DNA from: Macrostomum lignano
Lineage: Eukaryota
NCBI GenBank assembly: GCA_002269645.1
Contig: NIVC01000280.1
Span: 496,001-560,000 of the forward strand
Reading direction: 5' to 3'
Length of the DNA stretch: 64,000 bases
The notes below the pieces were generated by a model. The model saw nothing but the letters and a program-made list of their open reading frames with translations. It was not told the DNA's origin and searched no databases. Made by a program: the position numbers and the translations under genes. Of this stretch, positions 52,601 to 64,000 are shown one piece after another (position 1 is the stretch's first letter; every line of letters starts with the position of its first letter).

Positions 52601-55600
52601 TCTTGTGCCTAAGGTAAGATTCTTGTTTCTGAAGTGAGATTCTTGTTTCTGAGGTAAGATTTTTGTTTCTGTGGTGAGATTTTTGTTTCTGAGGTAACAT
52701 TTTTGTTTCTGAAGTGAGATTCTTGTTTCTGTGGTGAGATTCTTGTTTCTGAGGTAAGATTCTTGTTTCTGTGTTAAGATTCTTGTTTCTTAGATAAAAT
52801 TCTTGTTTCTTAGATAAGATTCTTGTTTCTTAGATAAGATTCTTGTTTCTGAAGTGAGATTCTTGTTTCTGTGGTGAGATTCTTGTTTCTAAGGTGAGAC
52901 TTCTTGTTTCTTTGATAAGATTCTTGTTTCTTAGATAAAATTATTGTTTCTTAGATAATATTCTTGTTTCTGAAGTGAGATTCTTGTTTCTGTGGTGAGA
53001 TTCTTGTTTCTGTGTTAAGATTCTTGTTTCTTAGATAAGATTCTTGTTTCTGAAGTGAGATTCTTGTTTCTGAGGTAAGATTTTTGTTTCTGTGGTGAGA
53101 TTCTTGTTTCTGAGGTAAGATTTTTGTTTCTGAGGTGAGATTCTTGTTTCTGAGGTGAGATTTTTGTTTCTGAGGTAACATTTTTGTTTCTGAAGTGAGA
53201 TTCTTGTTTCTGAGGTAAGATTCTTGTTTCTGTGTTAAGATTCTTGTTTCTTAGATAAAATTCTTGTTTCTTAGATAAGATTCTTGTTTCTCAGATAAGA
53301 TTCTTGTTTCTGAAGTGAGATTCTTGTTTCTGAAGTGAGATTCTTGTTTCTGAAGTGAGATTCTTGTTTCTGTGGTGAGATTCTTAGTTCTGAGGTGAGA
53401 TTTTTGTTTCTGAGGTGAGATACCTGTTTCTGAGGTGAGATTCTTGTTTCTGAGGTGAGATACCTGTTTCTGAGGTGAGATCCTTGTTTTTGAGGTGAGA
53501 TACCTGTTTCTGTGGTGAGATTATTGTTTCTGAGGTGAGATTCTTGTTTTTGAGGTGATATTCTTGTTTCGGAGGTGATATTCTTGTGCCTAAGGTGAGA
53601 TTCTTCACCCGAAAGGTGAGATTCTCGCTCCTAAAGTGAGATTCTTGTTCCTAAGGTGAGATTCTTTATCCGAAAAGTGAGATTCTCGATTCTAAAGATG
53701 AAATACTTCATCCGAAAAGTGGGATTCTCTATTCTAAAGGTGAGATTCTTGTTTCCATTGTAAGAGTCTCATCCCAAAGGTGAGAGTCTCATAGCAGAAG
53801 TGATATTTTAGGTATGAGATCCAAATTGCAGTTCGCTCTTTATCAGAAGCGGATGCTCCACATGTGTAGAGATAGCTGCAGCCGACTATAGCAGATGGGG
53901 CAGATTCAAGGAAGGACTCAAGAGGGATGCGGGGAGCTTAAACTGAGCAAAAATGGCTAACTGATAAAAGTCCAGTGAGTTGAGGGTTGAGTGGCAGACA
54001 GTGTGGGTGGGATGCTGTGGGGATCATTAGTTTGGAATGGGGAGTGAGCTGGGTTTATCGGGGCAAACTTTATAAATACACAGACTGATTGCGTGAGTGC
54101 TCGAATTTCATTCGGACAGCTCAGAGATTCTCAAGCTGCAGCGGAGCCGGCATGTACATCTCAGCCCCCAGTGCAAACAGCGGTCAGGGAAGGTGGGAGG
54201 AAATCGGTTGAAATGAACATTTCTATGGGGATTTAAAAGGCCATCCGTGATGCAATTTCAATGCGGAAATTAAAGGACAAAGTTTTGTGAGAAGGGGGAG
54301 GGACGTTGATGGAATGGGGAGGGACAGAGAGGTGAGAGGGAGACAGAGGGAGACAGAGGGCTGAGAGGGAGACAGAGAAAGAGACAGAGAGGGAGATAGA
54401 GGGGTGAGAGGGAGACAGAGGGGTGAGAGAGAGACAAAGAGGTGAGAGGGAGACAGAGGGGTGAGAGGGAGATAGAGGGGTGAGGAAGAGACAGAGAGGT
54501 GAGAGGGAGACAGAGGGTGAGAGGGAGACAGAAGGGTGAGAGGGAGATAGAGGGGTGAGAGGGAGACAGAGGGGTGAAAAAGAGACTGAGAGGGAGACAG
54601 AGGGGTGAGAGGGAGACAGAGGGGTGATAGGGAGATAGAGGGGTGAGAGGGAGACAGAGGGGTGAGAGAGACAGAGAGGTGAGAGGGAGACAGAGGGGTG
54701 AGAGGGAGACAGAGGGGTGAGAGGGAGACAGAGGGGTGAGAGGGAGACAGAGGGGTGAGAGGGAGACAGAGGGGTGAGAGAGACAGAGAGGTGAGAGGGA
54801 GACAGAGGGGTGAGAGGGAGACAGAGGGGTGAGAGGGAGACAGAGGGGTGAGAGGGAGACAGAGGGGTGAGAGGGAGACAGAGGGGTGAGAGGGAGACAG
54901 AGAGGTGAGAGAGACAGAGAGGTGAGAGGGAGACAGAGGGGTGAGAGGGAGACAGAGGGGTGAGAGGGAGACAGAGGGAGACAGAGTGAGACAGGGGTGA
55001 GAGGGAGACAGAGGGCTGAGAGGGAGACAGGGGTGAGAGGGAGACAGGGGTGAGAGGGAGACAGAGGGCTGAGAGGGAGACAGAGAGCTGAGAGGGAGAC
55101 AGGGGTGAGAGGGAGACAGAGGGCTGAGAGGGAGACAGAGAGCTGAGAGGGAGACAGGGGTGAGAGGGAGATAGGGGTGAGAGGGAGACAGAGAAACCCC
55201 AAAGATAGAAGCGGTAGAGCCGGACTCAAAAGTAGACACGAGAAGGGGAAGCTGAGTCAGTTACTGAGGCCAGTCAAATTTCCCGAACGCGAGCTCATCG
55301 AGCCTGCAAAAAAGCCAGGAGCCCGAGCGAAGCCGCGTGAGCTGGAAGGCTCTGAGCAAACTCGCTTCGTGTCCAATTGGCGGCACAAATCCTGCTGCCA
55401 GACCTCCTGCTGTTTGCCTTTTTAACGCTTTTTAGCGCCTCCCCACCCAGCTCAGTGTGATGAAAAAAATTGACTGATGCGAACTGCCGGGCACCTGGGT
55501 GGCAGCGAAATGCCCCCGGTCTGTTTGCCAGCGCTGACCCTTCATTTGACCGAAAGCGGCCATGGAGCTCTGGGTGTAAAATTCCCCTGTTTACTCTCTC

Positions 55601-58600
55601 TCTGTCTGTCTCCGGATGCTAACTGGTACATCCCAGAGGAAGATTCTGTTTTTTCTGGTCCGAGAGCTGGACAGAAAATGCGCTACAGCCGACTGCGAAG
55701 TTACAAAACTGCCTGGGCTTCCTGTCTTGTTTAATTCTGAGAAAGCTGCACGCCTCGGCCTCATAAACTGATGGAGCAACAGTCGGAATTATTCAAACAG
55801 CTTTTCTCTCCTTTCTGGCGTTCTGAAATTCAGGGACGGCTTGGATAGTAGAGGGGGGGTGCTGCTGGATGCGTGCGACAAACGATGTCGGTGCTAAACA
55901 TATCTTATCCCATGAATATGAATAAGCACTGTCTCGGTGCTTGGGGAGAGAGGCGTCAAATGCTTTTCTGAACTTTTTTAAAGCAAGACTTTGCACGTTG
56001 GTCTTGTTTAAATAAAATCTACACTTATTTTTTAAATGAATCAAATTTAGCTAGGATTGCTGAGTTACAAAAGGGATACAGAACCTATATTTAGCCAACC
56101 ACCAGATATAATTGGCGCCATGTGAAAATCGTAGGTCGATTGGAAGGTCTTTGGCTTTGTTGCATAATTCTAGCGGAATGTCATGTTGTGGATTTCACTG
56201 ATATTCTACTGATCTAAAAGATCGTGCCTTAGAAATAGATTATTGATTCTTGGAAATTAGATTTCGATTCTTAGAAATCCATTTACTAAAAATGGTCTCT
56301 AGATCTAGATTCTTAGAAATCAGATCTAGATTCTTAGAAATCAGGGCTCGATTCTTAGAAATAAGATAATATTCTTAGAAATCAGGTCCTGATTCTTAGA
56401 AATAAGATAATATTCTTAGAAATCAGGTCCTGATTCTTAGAAATAAGATCTAGATTCTTAGAAATCAGATCTAGATTCTTAGAAATAAGATAATATTCTT
56501 AGAAATCAGGTCCTGATTCTTAGAAATAAGATCTAGATTCTTAGAAATCAGGGCTTGATTCTTAGAAATAAGATTTTGATTCTTAAAAATCAGGTCCTGA
56601 TTCTTAGAAATCAGGTCCTGATTCCTAGAAATCAGATTTATATTCTTAGAAATCAGGTCCTGATTCTTAGAAATAAGATCTAGATTCTTAGAAATCAGAT
56701 CTAGATTCTTAGAAATCAGGGCTTGATTCTTAGAAATCAGATTTTGATTCTTAAAAATCAGTTCCTGATTCTTAGAAATAAGATCTAGATTCTTAGAAAT
56801 CAGATTTAGATTTTTAGAAACCAGGTCTTGATTCTTAGAAATCAGATTTTGATTCTTAAAAATCAGGTCCTGATTCTTAGAAATCAGGTCCTGATTCCTA
56901 GAAATCAGATTTATATTCTTAGAAATCAGGTCTTGATTCTTAGAAATCAGGTCTTGATTCTTAGAAATTAGATCTAGATTATTAGAGATACAATCTAGGT
57001 TTTTAAAAATAAGATCTAGATTCTTAGAAATCAGATCTAGCTTCACAGAAAGCAGAACTACATTCTTAGAAATCAGGTCTTGATTCTTAGAAATCAGGCA
57101 TTTGTTCTTAATAATCACAACTGGATATCCCAGAAAGCTAAGGTTTGGATTCGTAGAAATCAGTTGGAATTTTTGTCACGCGTGGCTACTTTTTGGCATC
57201 TCAATTCATTTCCAGCATCCTGAGCCCTCCTCCCAACTCATCCATCGTGCAGGTTCTGCAAGTCCGAGCAGTCGATAAAGATGTCGGACAGAATGGCCGG
57301 GTGACCTACTCGATTTCGGCCTTTGAGGCGGCCCGGGTTCGCTCCCTATTCGTCATGGACCCGGCTAGCGGTAGCCTCCGTGTGGCCGCCCCGCTGGACT
57401 TTGAGCAGTCGAGGGAGCACCGGTTCACGGTGGTGGCTCAGGACCAGAACCGGGTGGCACCGCGGCAGAGCACCGCCCAGGTGATTGTCACCGTTATTGA
57501 CGTGAACGACGAGCCGCCAAGGATCGGGCTGAGCTCCCGGCCGGCCGGCGGCGGACCGTTCCAGATTGTGGAGAATGAGAAACCGCGAACAGTTACCATA
57601 GTAACAGTCCGCGATGCCGACTCTGGCGACAACGGAAAAGTGAGTGCTGCGACCAGTGTCACATCAGTGCCTCATCAGTGCCAAAAATCATTCTCCTGGC
57701 TAACTGCACGCCGCATTGTCTGTCACACCCAACTGTCTGTCACACCCAACTGTCTGTCACACCCAACCGTCTGTCACACCCAACCGTCTGTCACACCCAA
57801 CCGTCTGTCACACCCAACCGTCTGTCACACCCAACCGTCTGTCACACCCAACCGTCTGTCACACCCAACCGTCTGTCACACCCAACCGTCTGTCACACCC
57901 AACCGTCTGTCACACCCAACCGTCTGTCACACCCAACCGTCTGTCACACCCAACCGTCTGTCACACCCAACCGTCTGTCACACCCAACCGTCTGTCACAC
58001 CCAACCGTCTGTCACACCCAACCGTCTGTCACACCCAACCGTCTGTCACACTCAACCGTCTGTCACACCCAACCGTCTGTCACACCCAACCGTCTGTCAC
58101 ACCCAACCGTCTGTCACACCCAACCGTCTGTCACACCCAACCGTCTGTCACACCCAACCGTCTGTCACACCCAACCGTCTGTCACACCCAACCGTCTGTC
58201 ACACCCAACCGTCTGTCACACCCAACCGTCTCAATGATGTCGCAACGTCTCTGCAGGTCAGCTGCAGCCTCTCCGGCTCGCACAAAGACCTGTTCAAGCT
58301 GGTGCAGCTGCCGCTGCGCGAGTCGGGCGCCACCCTCTACCGCTTGATGACCGCCAGGCCGCTGGATCGCGAGACGGACGGCCCGGCCGGCAGGTCGCTG
58401 AGCCTCCGACTCAGCTGCTCGGACAGCGGCCAGCCGGCCAACACGGCCGTCGAGACCGTCAACTTGGAGATCGTCGACTTGAACGATAATCCGCCGGCAT
58501 TTCCGACCAGCGTCTTCTACTTCACCATCAACGAGGCGACCCGTCAAGGCCAGGTGGCCTTCTCCGTGGCCGCCGAGGACCCGGACGCCGGTGACAATGC

Positions 58601-61600
58601 CCGGCTGGCCTACGCCATCAATGCCACCGGACCCGGCGCCGAAGCGGCCGCTGACGTCTTCAAAATCGGCGCCGACGGTCGGGCGACTCTGACGCGCCGT
58701 CTGGACCGGGAGACGGTGCCGAGGTACGCCTTCGACGTGGTGGCTTTCGACCACGGTGAGCCGTCGCTGTCTGCCACGGCCAGCGTAGTCGTCATGGTGG
58801 AAGATGACAACGACAATGCGCCGGCGGTGGCGCCGTTCTTCGCCTTCCTGGTGGCTGAGAATGCCAGCATCGGTGAGGGTTGCGAGCGGGGGGACACCTG
58901 CTGAGATGCACACGGGAAGGGATATTGTTGCTGGGAGGCTAAACTGTTGATAGCTAAGCTTAAATTATTTATTTCACTCGGATGATGAGGGGGTTGTAGC
59001 CTAGTGGTCAGAGCGTCGGACTCACGACTTTAAGGTCGTGGGTTCGATTCCCGATCCCACTGGAACTTGAACTGGAACTTGTGTCCTTGAGCAAGACACT
59101 TAACTCTGCATTGCTTCAGTTCACCCAGCTGTAAAATGGGTGCCAGCATTAGCTGGGGTAATTGAGGGTTGTGGGACAGTTGCGCCAGGGTCAGCATTCC
59201 CTCAAATATTATTATTAAGTTATTCGGTTCATTTCCGCCGTGACTTGACAGAGATTTGTGTCTATTTTCACTTCAGTGAAAGCAAGCCCATATGTTGAAC
59301 TGTAAGCAGAACATGTCAAATTTTTAAAGTACTTAAAATCCAGAAACTCAGTTTATTTTGCAGAGCTACCGCCCCCACTTGGAGGCTTGGACGCCTCTCC
59401 AACCTGATTGCATTACCTTCTCCCGTCCTCTAGAGAGTCCAGACAAGATTTCCGCTCCTTACCAACTGCTCAGCAGCTCAGAGCCGTTGCTGGGAGTCCT
59501 ATAAGTCCTGCCGGCCGGGTCAGGTCAGCTGGCACTAATTGCTGGGGACCCCGGAATACACTGGCTGGGCTGGGAGATACGTGCAGTTGCCAAAAAAAGC
59601 AGAAGTATTACAAGCCTACAGAAAGCTTCTTCATTAGCGCGAGTGCTACCGAGGTTGGCACTAATCAACTGGGCCGGCCTCTCGCGGCGAATCTTCCATC
59701 AAAATTACATTTCTGCAGCAGTGGCACTGGTAGCTTTGGTAGTCAAGACAGACAGGCGCAGATGGAGAGAGGCAGTGACAGATCTTCTTCTGCAGCATCA
59801 GTTTGGCAGCTGTAGGCGCTGGGCAAGTGAAACCCAGGATTGGCGGCTCATTTATTATAGTACTGGTTCCACTTTACCTGTGTGTGTCAGGCGTAACTTT
59901 TTCCATTGAGCTGCTATGATAACTTTGCAAGGTGCATTCAAACTGCTTCTTAAGAAAGTGAAAGAGCGCCTGTATGCCCACCGCGTTCAAATGCACTCCT
60001 TCTGATAGTGCGCGCTTTGGATTCTAAATGAAAAAAAACAAATTTAATTCATTGCTCGCAGCCCATCTAAACTTTATTACGTTGATGCGACTTAATCTAA
60101 ATCTTCTTATTTAACAAGCTTACTCTTCCCATTCGTAGTTTGCTGTTCTCCAGTTTCTAGCAATTTTGCTGCTGGCTACATCGGGTGATAATCAGCTTAG
60201 AGAATTAGCTCCATTATCAAATAGGTCTCCGGTTCAAGTCTCTATTAGAAATCCATTGCTGCGCGGGTGCTGAGTAAGAGACTAGGAAAGTCTTGGGCTT
60301 GCAAGGACAAATTCAGCCAAACAAAGCTGCACGACACTTGACACCCTGCATTTACGATGGCGACGTGTCCTCTCAGGTGCCACAATTTGGTCAAGTTTGT
60401 GTCATCTCAGGTGCCACAATTTAGTCAAGTTTGTGTCATCTCAGGTGCCACAATTTAGTCAAGTTTGTGTCATCTCAGGTGCCACAATTTAGTCAAGTCT
60501 GTGTCATCTCAGGTGCCACAATTTAGTCAAGTTTGTGTCATCTCAGGTGCCACAATTTAGTCAAGTCTGTGTCATCTCAGGTGCCACAATTTAGTCAAGT
60601 TTGTGTCATCTCAGGTGCCACAATTTAGTCAATTTTGTGTTCTCTCAGGTGCCACAATTTAGTCAAGTTTGTGTCATCTCAGGTGCCACAATTTAGTCAA
60701 GTTTGTGTCATCTCAGGTGCCACAATTTAGTCAAGTTTGTGTCCTCAGAAGTGCCACAATTTAGTCAAGTTTGTGTCCTCAGAAGTGCCACAATTTAGTC
60801 AAGTTTGCGTCATCAGAAGTGCCACAATTAGGTCAAGTTTGTGTCATCTCAGGTGCCACAATTTAGTCAAGTTTGTGTCACCAGAAGTGCCACAATTTAG
60901 TCAAGTTTGTGTCCTCAGAAGTGACACAATTAGTCAAGTTTGTGTCATCATAAGTGCCACAATTTAGTCAAGTTTGTGTCATCTCAGGTGCCACAATTTA
61001 GTCAAGTTTGTGTCATCTCAGGTGCCACAATTTAGTCAAGTTTGTGTCCTCAGAAGTGCCGCAATTTAGTCAAGTTTGTGTCCTCAGAAGTGACACAATT
61101 TAGTCAAGTTTGTGTCCTCAGAAGTGCCACAATTTAGTCAAGTTTGTGTCCTCAGATGTGCCACAATTTAGTCAAGTTTGTGTCATCAGAAGTGCCACAA
61201 TTTAGTCAAGTTTGTGTTCTCAGAAGTGACACAATTTAGTCAAGTTTGTGTCATCAGAAGTGCCACAATTTAGTCAAGTTTGTGTCATCAGAAGTGCCAC
61301 AATTTAGTCAAGTTTGTGTTCTCAGAAGTGCCACAATTTAGTCCAGTTTGTGTCATCTCAAGTGCCACAATTTGGTCAAGTTTGCGTCTTCACAGGTGCC
61401 ACAATTTAGTCAAGTTTGTGTCCTCAGATGTGCCACAATTTAGTCAAGTTTGTGTCATCAGAAGTGCCACAATTTAGTCAAGTTTGTGTTCTCAGAAGTG
61501 ACACAATTTAGTCAAGTTTGTGTCATCAGAAGTGCCACAATTTAGTCAAGTTTGTGTTCTCAGAAGTGCCACATTTTAGTCAAGTTTGTGTCATCAGAAG

Positions 61601-62984
61601 TGACACAATTTAGTCAAGTTTGTGTCCTCAGAAGTGACACAATTAGTCAATTTTGTGTCATCTCAGGTGCCACAATTTGGTCCAGTTTGTGTTCTCAGAA
61701 GTGCCACAATTTAGTCCAGTTTGTGTTCTCTCAGGTGCCACAATTTGGTCAAGTTTGTGTCATCAGAAGTGACACAATTTAGTCAAGTTTGTGTCCTCAG
61801 AAGTGACACAATTAGTCAATTTTGTGTCATCTCAGGTGCCACAATTTAGTCAAGTTTGTGTTCTCAGAAGTGCCACAATTTAGTCCAGTTTGTGTTCTCT
61901 CAGGTGCCACAATTTAGTCAAGTTTGCGTCTTCACAGGTGCCACAATTTAGTCAAGTTTGTGTCATCAGAAGTGCCACAATTTAGTCAAGTTTGTGTCCT
62001 CTCAGGTGCCACAATTTAGTCAAGTTTGTGTCATCTCAGGTGCCACAATTTAGTCAAGTTTGTGTCATCTAGGGTGCCACAATTTAGTCAAGTTTGTGTC
62101 ATCTCAGGTGCCACAATTTAGTCAAGTTTGTGTCATCTCAGGTGCCACAATTTAGTCAAGTTTGCGTCTTCACAGGTGCCCATATTGTCAGCTGATGGCC
62201 TCTCATTTCCTCTCCTCCTCTCAAGGCCACCACGTGGGTCAGCTGAACGCCACTGACCCGGACGAAGGCGAGAACGCCAGAGTTGTCTTCCGAATGTCGC
62301 CATCTGCGTCAGCGCCATCCAGCCCGTTTCACGTCAGCACGCAGGGCCTCATCGTGCTGATCTCGCCGCTGGACCGGGAGCACACCTCTCGCTACGAGTT
62401 CGCCGTCCTGGCGCAGGACTCCAGCCCGACAGTGCCCCGCACCTCCACCGCAACGGTCGTCATCGACGTCGAGGACGTCAACGACTGCGCGCCAAGGTTT
62501 CTGTTTCCGTCGCCTGGTAACCGGACACTTCGAATATCGGGCAAAACTTCGGTAGCTACCATGGTTGTTAGGCTGGTTGCCAAGGACGCCGATTCGGGCG
62601 CCAACGGCCGGGTGGCATATTTCATCCGACGCCCATTGGCCGGCCCGTTTCACGTGGACGTGGAGACCGGCGAGTTGACCCTGGTCCGGCCAGTGGCGGC
62701 CGAGGACCTGGCGGCCGGCGGCCTGAACCTCACAGTGGTGGCGCGCGACTCCGGCAACCCGGCGCTGGAGACCGAGCAGACTCTCGCCGTGCTGTTCAGC
62801 GCGAGCACAGCCGACCGCATCGGCGGAGCCGGCGGCCCTGGGGGAGGCGGCAGCGGCGGCCGAGTCTCAGAGTCATCATCAGACAGCTTGCTGGTTGTGG
62901 CCGGGCTGGTGGCCGTCACCGCCGCCTTCGTTCTGGTGCTGCTGTTAGGCATCATCTTGCTGACCTGCCGGCAGCGCTGTGCTG
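49671..62984 (+). CDS. Protocadherin with 7 cadherin repeats plus TM (delta-1-like); exons 49671-50534, 57253-57639, 58257-58872, 62226-62984; cytoplasmic exons not resolved
   Basis: Signal peptide; Ca-binding linkers DLNDNAP, DENDEVP, DVNDEPP, DLNDNPP, DDNDNAP, DVNDCAP; LDRE/LDFE motifs; EC1 DRDRLC...C; TM LLVVAGLVAVTAAFVLVLLLGIILL. Splice phases 0/0/1 match with GTGAG donors. Confidence 0.92.
50550..51065 (+). repeat. About 19-22-bp minisatellite GTGAGATTCTCTTCTATTGAG, protocadherin intron 1
   Basis: Recurrent GTGAGATTCT core. Confidence 0.92.
51790..53700 (+). repeat. 20-bp minisatellite GTGAGATTCTTGT(T/G)CCTAAG grading into GTGAGATTCTTGTTTCTGAG, about 90 units, protocadherin intron 1
   Basis: Period 20. 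Confidence 0.96.
54320..55195. repeat. 19-bp purine-rich minisatellite GAGGGAGACAGAGGGGTGA, protocadherin intron 1
   Basis: Period 19. Confidence 0.95.
56220..57100. repeat. 20-21-bp minisatellite GATTCTTAGAAATCAGGTCCT and variants, protocadherin intron 1
   Basis: Period about 21; explains the DLISKN ORF. Confidence 0.94.
57715..58230. repeat. 17-bp minisatellite CTGTCACACCCAACCGT, protocadherin intron 2
   Basis: About 30 near-identical copies. Confidence 0.97.
58989..59218 (+). mobile_element. tRNA-derived SINE with CORE (MIR-like) domain
   Basis: A box TAGCCTAGTGG and B box GGTTCGATTCCC; then GTGTCCTTGAGCAAGACACTTAACTCTG...TTCAGTTCACCCAGCTGTAAAATGGG, which resembles the MIR CORE; (ATT)n tail. 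The anticodon stem is degenerate, so this is not a tRNA gene. Confidence 0.8.
60370..62177 (+). repeat. 34-bp minisatellite TCAGGTGCCACAATTTAGTCAAGTTTGTGTCATC, about 53 copies, protocadherin intron 3
   Basis: Period 34 with an AGAAGTG variant. Confidence 0.97.
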
Positions 62985-62989
62985 GTGAG

Positions 62990-63672
<683 letters not shown>

Positions 63673-64000
63673 CTGTGAAGTCCGCCACTTCGCAGTAAGC
63701 AGAAACTTTTTATTACGAGAGCCTGTTTCGAAAATTTGATCTCAATGATTAAGTGTTTATCAGTTGAGGGAAAATTTGCTTCTCTTGAGCATTCTTTGGG
63801 ATTTTAAAAGCAAGAAGAAAAACGACTTCCCATGATGTTCAGTTTTTCAGTCCCGCATTCCGGGTCCTGAGCTGCCCGCTCCCGTGAAAGTTGGAAATAT
63901 TTGCGTTTTGCCCACTGAGCCAAGAAGGACAGCGGGGATTTAATGAGATCGAATTCCCGACTAGGGATTAGAGCGCCGCTTCATATTTTCTTTTTCGTGC

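Noticed and set aside
56220-57100. TTCTTAGAA STAT/GAS-like motif array
   Set aside because: It is a short near-palindrome passively amplified by the repeat, with no evidence for a relevant factor.
58989-59060. tRNA-Val(CAC) gene
   Set aside because: The anticodon and acceptor stems do not pair, and the sequence continues into a CORE domain, so it is a SINE head.
63673-63739. In-frame end of the 62162-63739 ORF as the protocadherin terminal exon
   Set aside because: A strong donor GCTG|GTGAGG at 62984 precedes the repeat; the downstream acceptor is weak and the tail lacks protocadherin cytoplasmic motifs.

Overview
This is eukaryotic (animal) genomic DNA with GC-rich exons and spliceosomal GT-AG introns; no prokaryotic features or CRISPR array were found. 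Four intron-containing genes can be reconstructed by hand with consistent splice phases. (1) A rhodopsin-class peptide GPCR (minus, 2 exons, 1628-11121). (2) An ABCG2/white-type half transporter (plus, 9 exons, 20022-29570) with one apparent 1-nt frameshift. (3) A protein with two cyclic-nucleotide-binding domains (minus, 4 exons, 32579-36620). (4) A 7-repeat protocadherin (plus, at least 4 exons, from 49671, probably continuing past the window). Every intron carries one or more private minisatellites; almost all long ORFs in the supplied track are translations of these repeats. Mobile DNA comprises two 5'-truncated RNase H-bearing non-LTR retrotransposon copies inserted in or at the edge of tandem arrays, one internally deleted LINE, and a tRNA-headed CORE-type SINE. 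The overall style resembles a repeat-rich flatworm genome such as Macrostomum (inference only). The most unusual signal is that several minisatellite units are built from splice signals: arrays of polypyrimidine-AG|GTGAG junctions in protocadherin intron 1, and a 73-bp unit equal to a 27-nt in-frame micro-exon plus a 46-nt GT-AG mini-intron.
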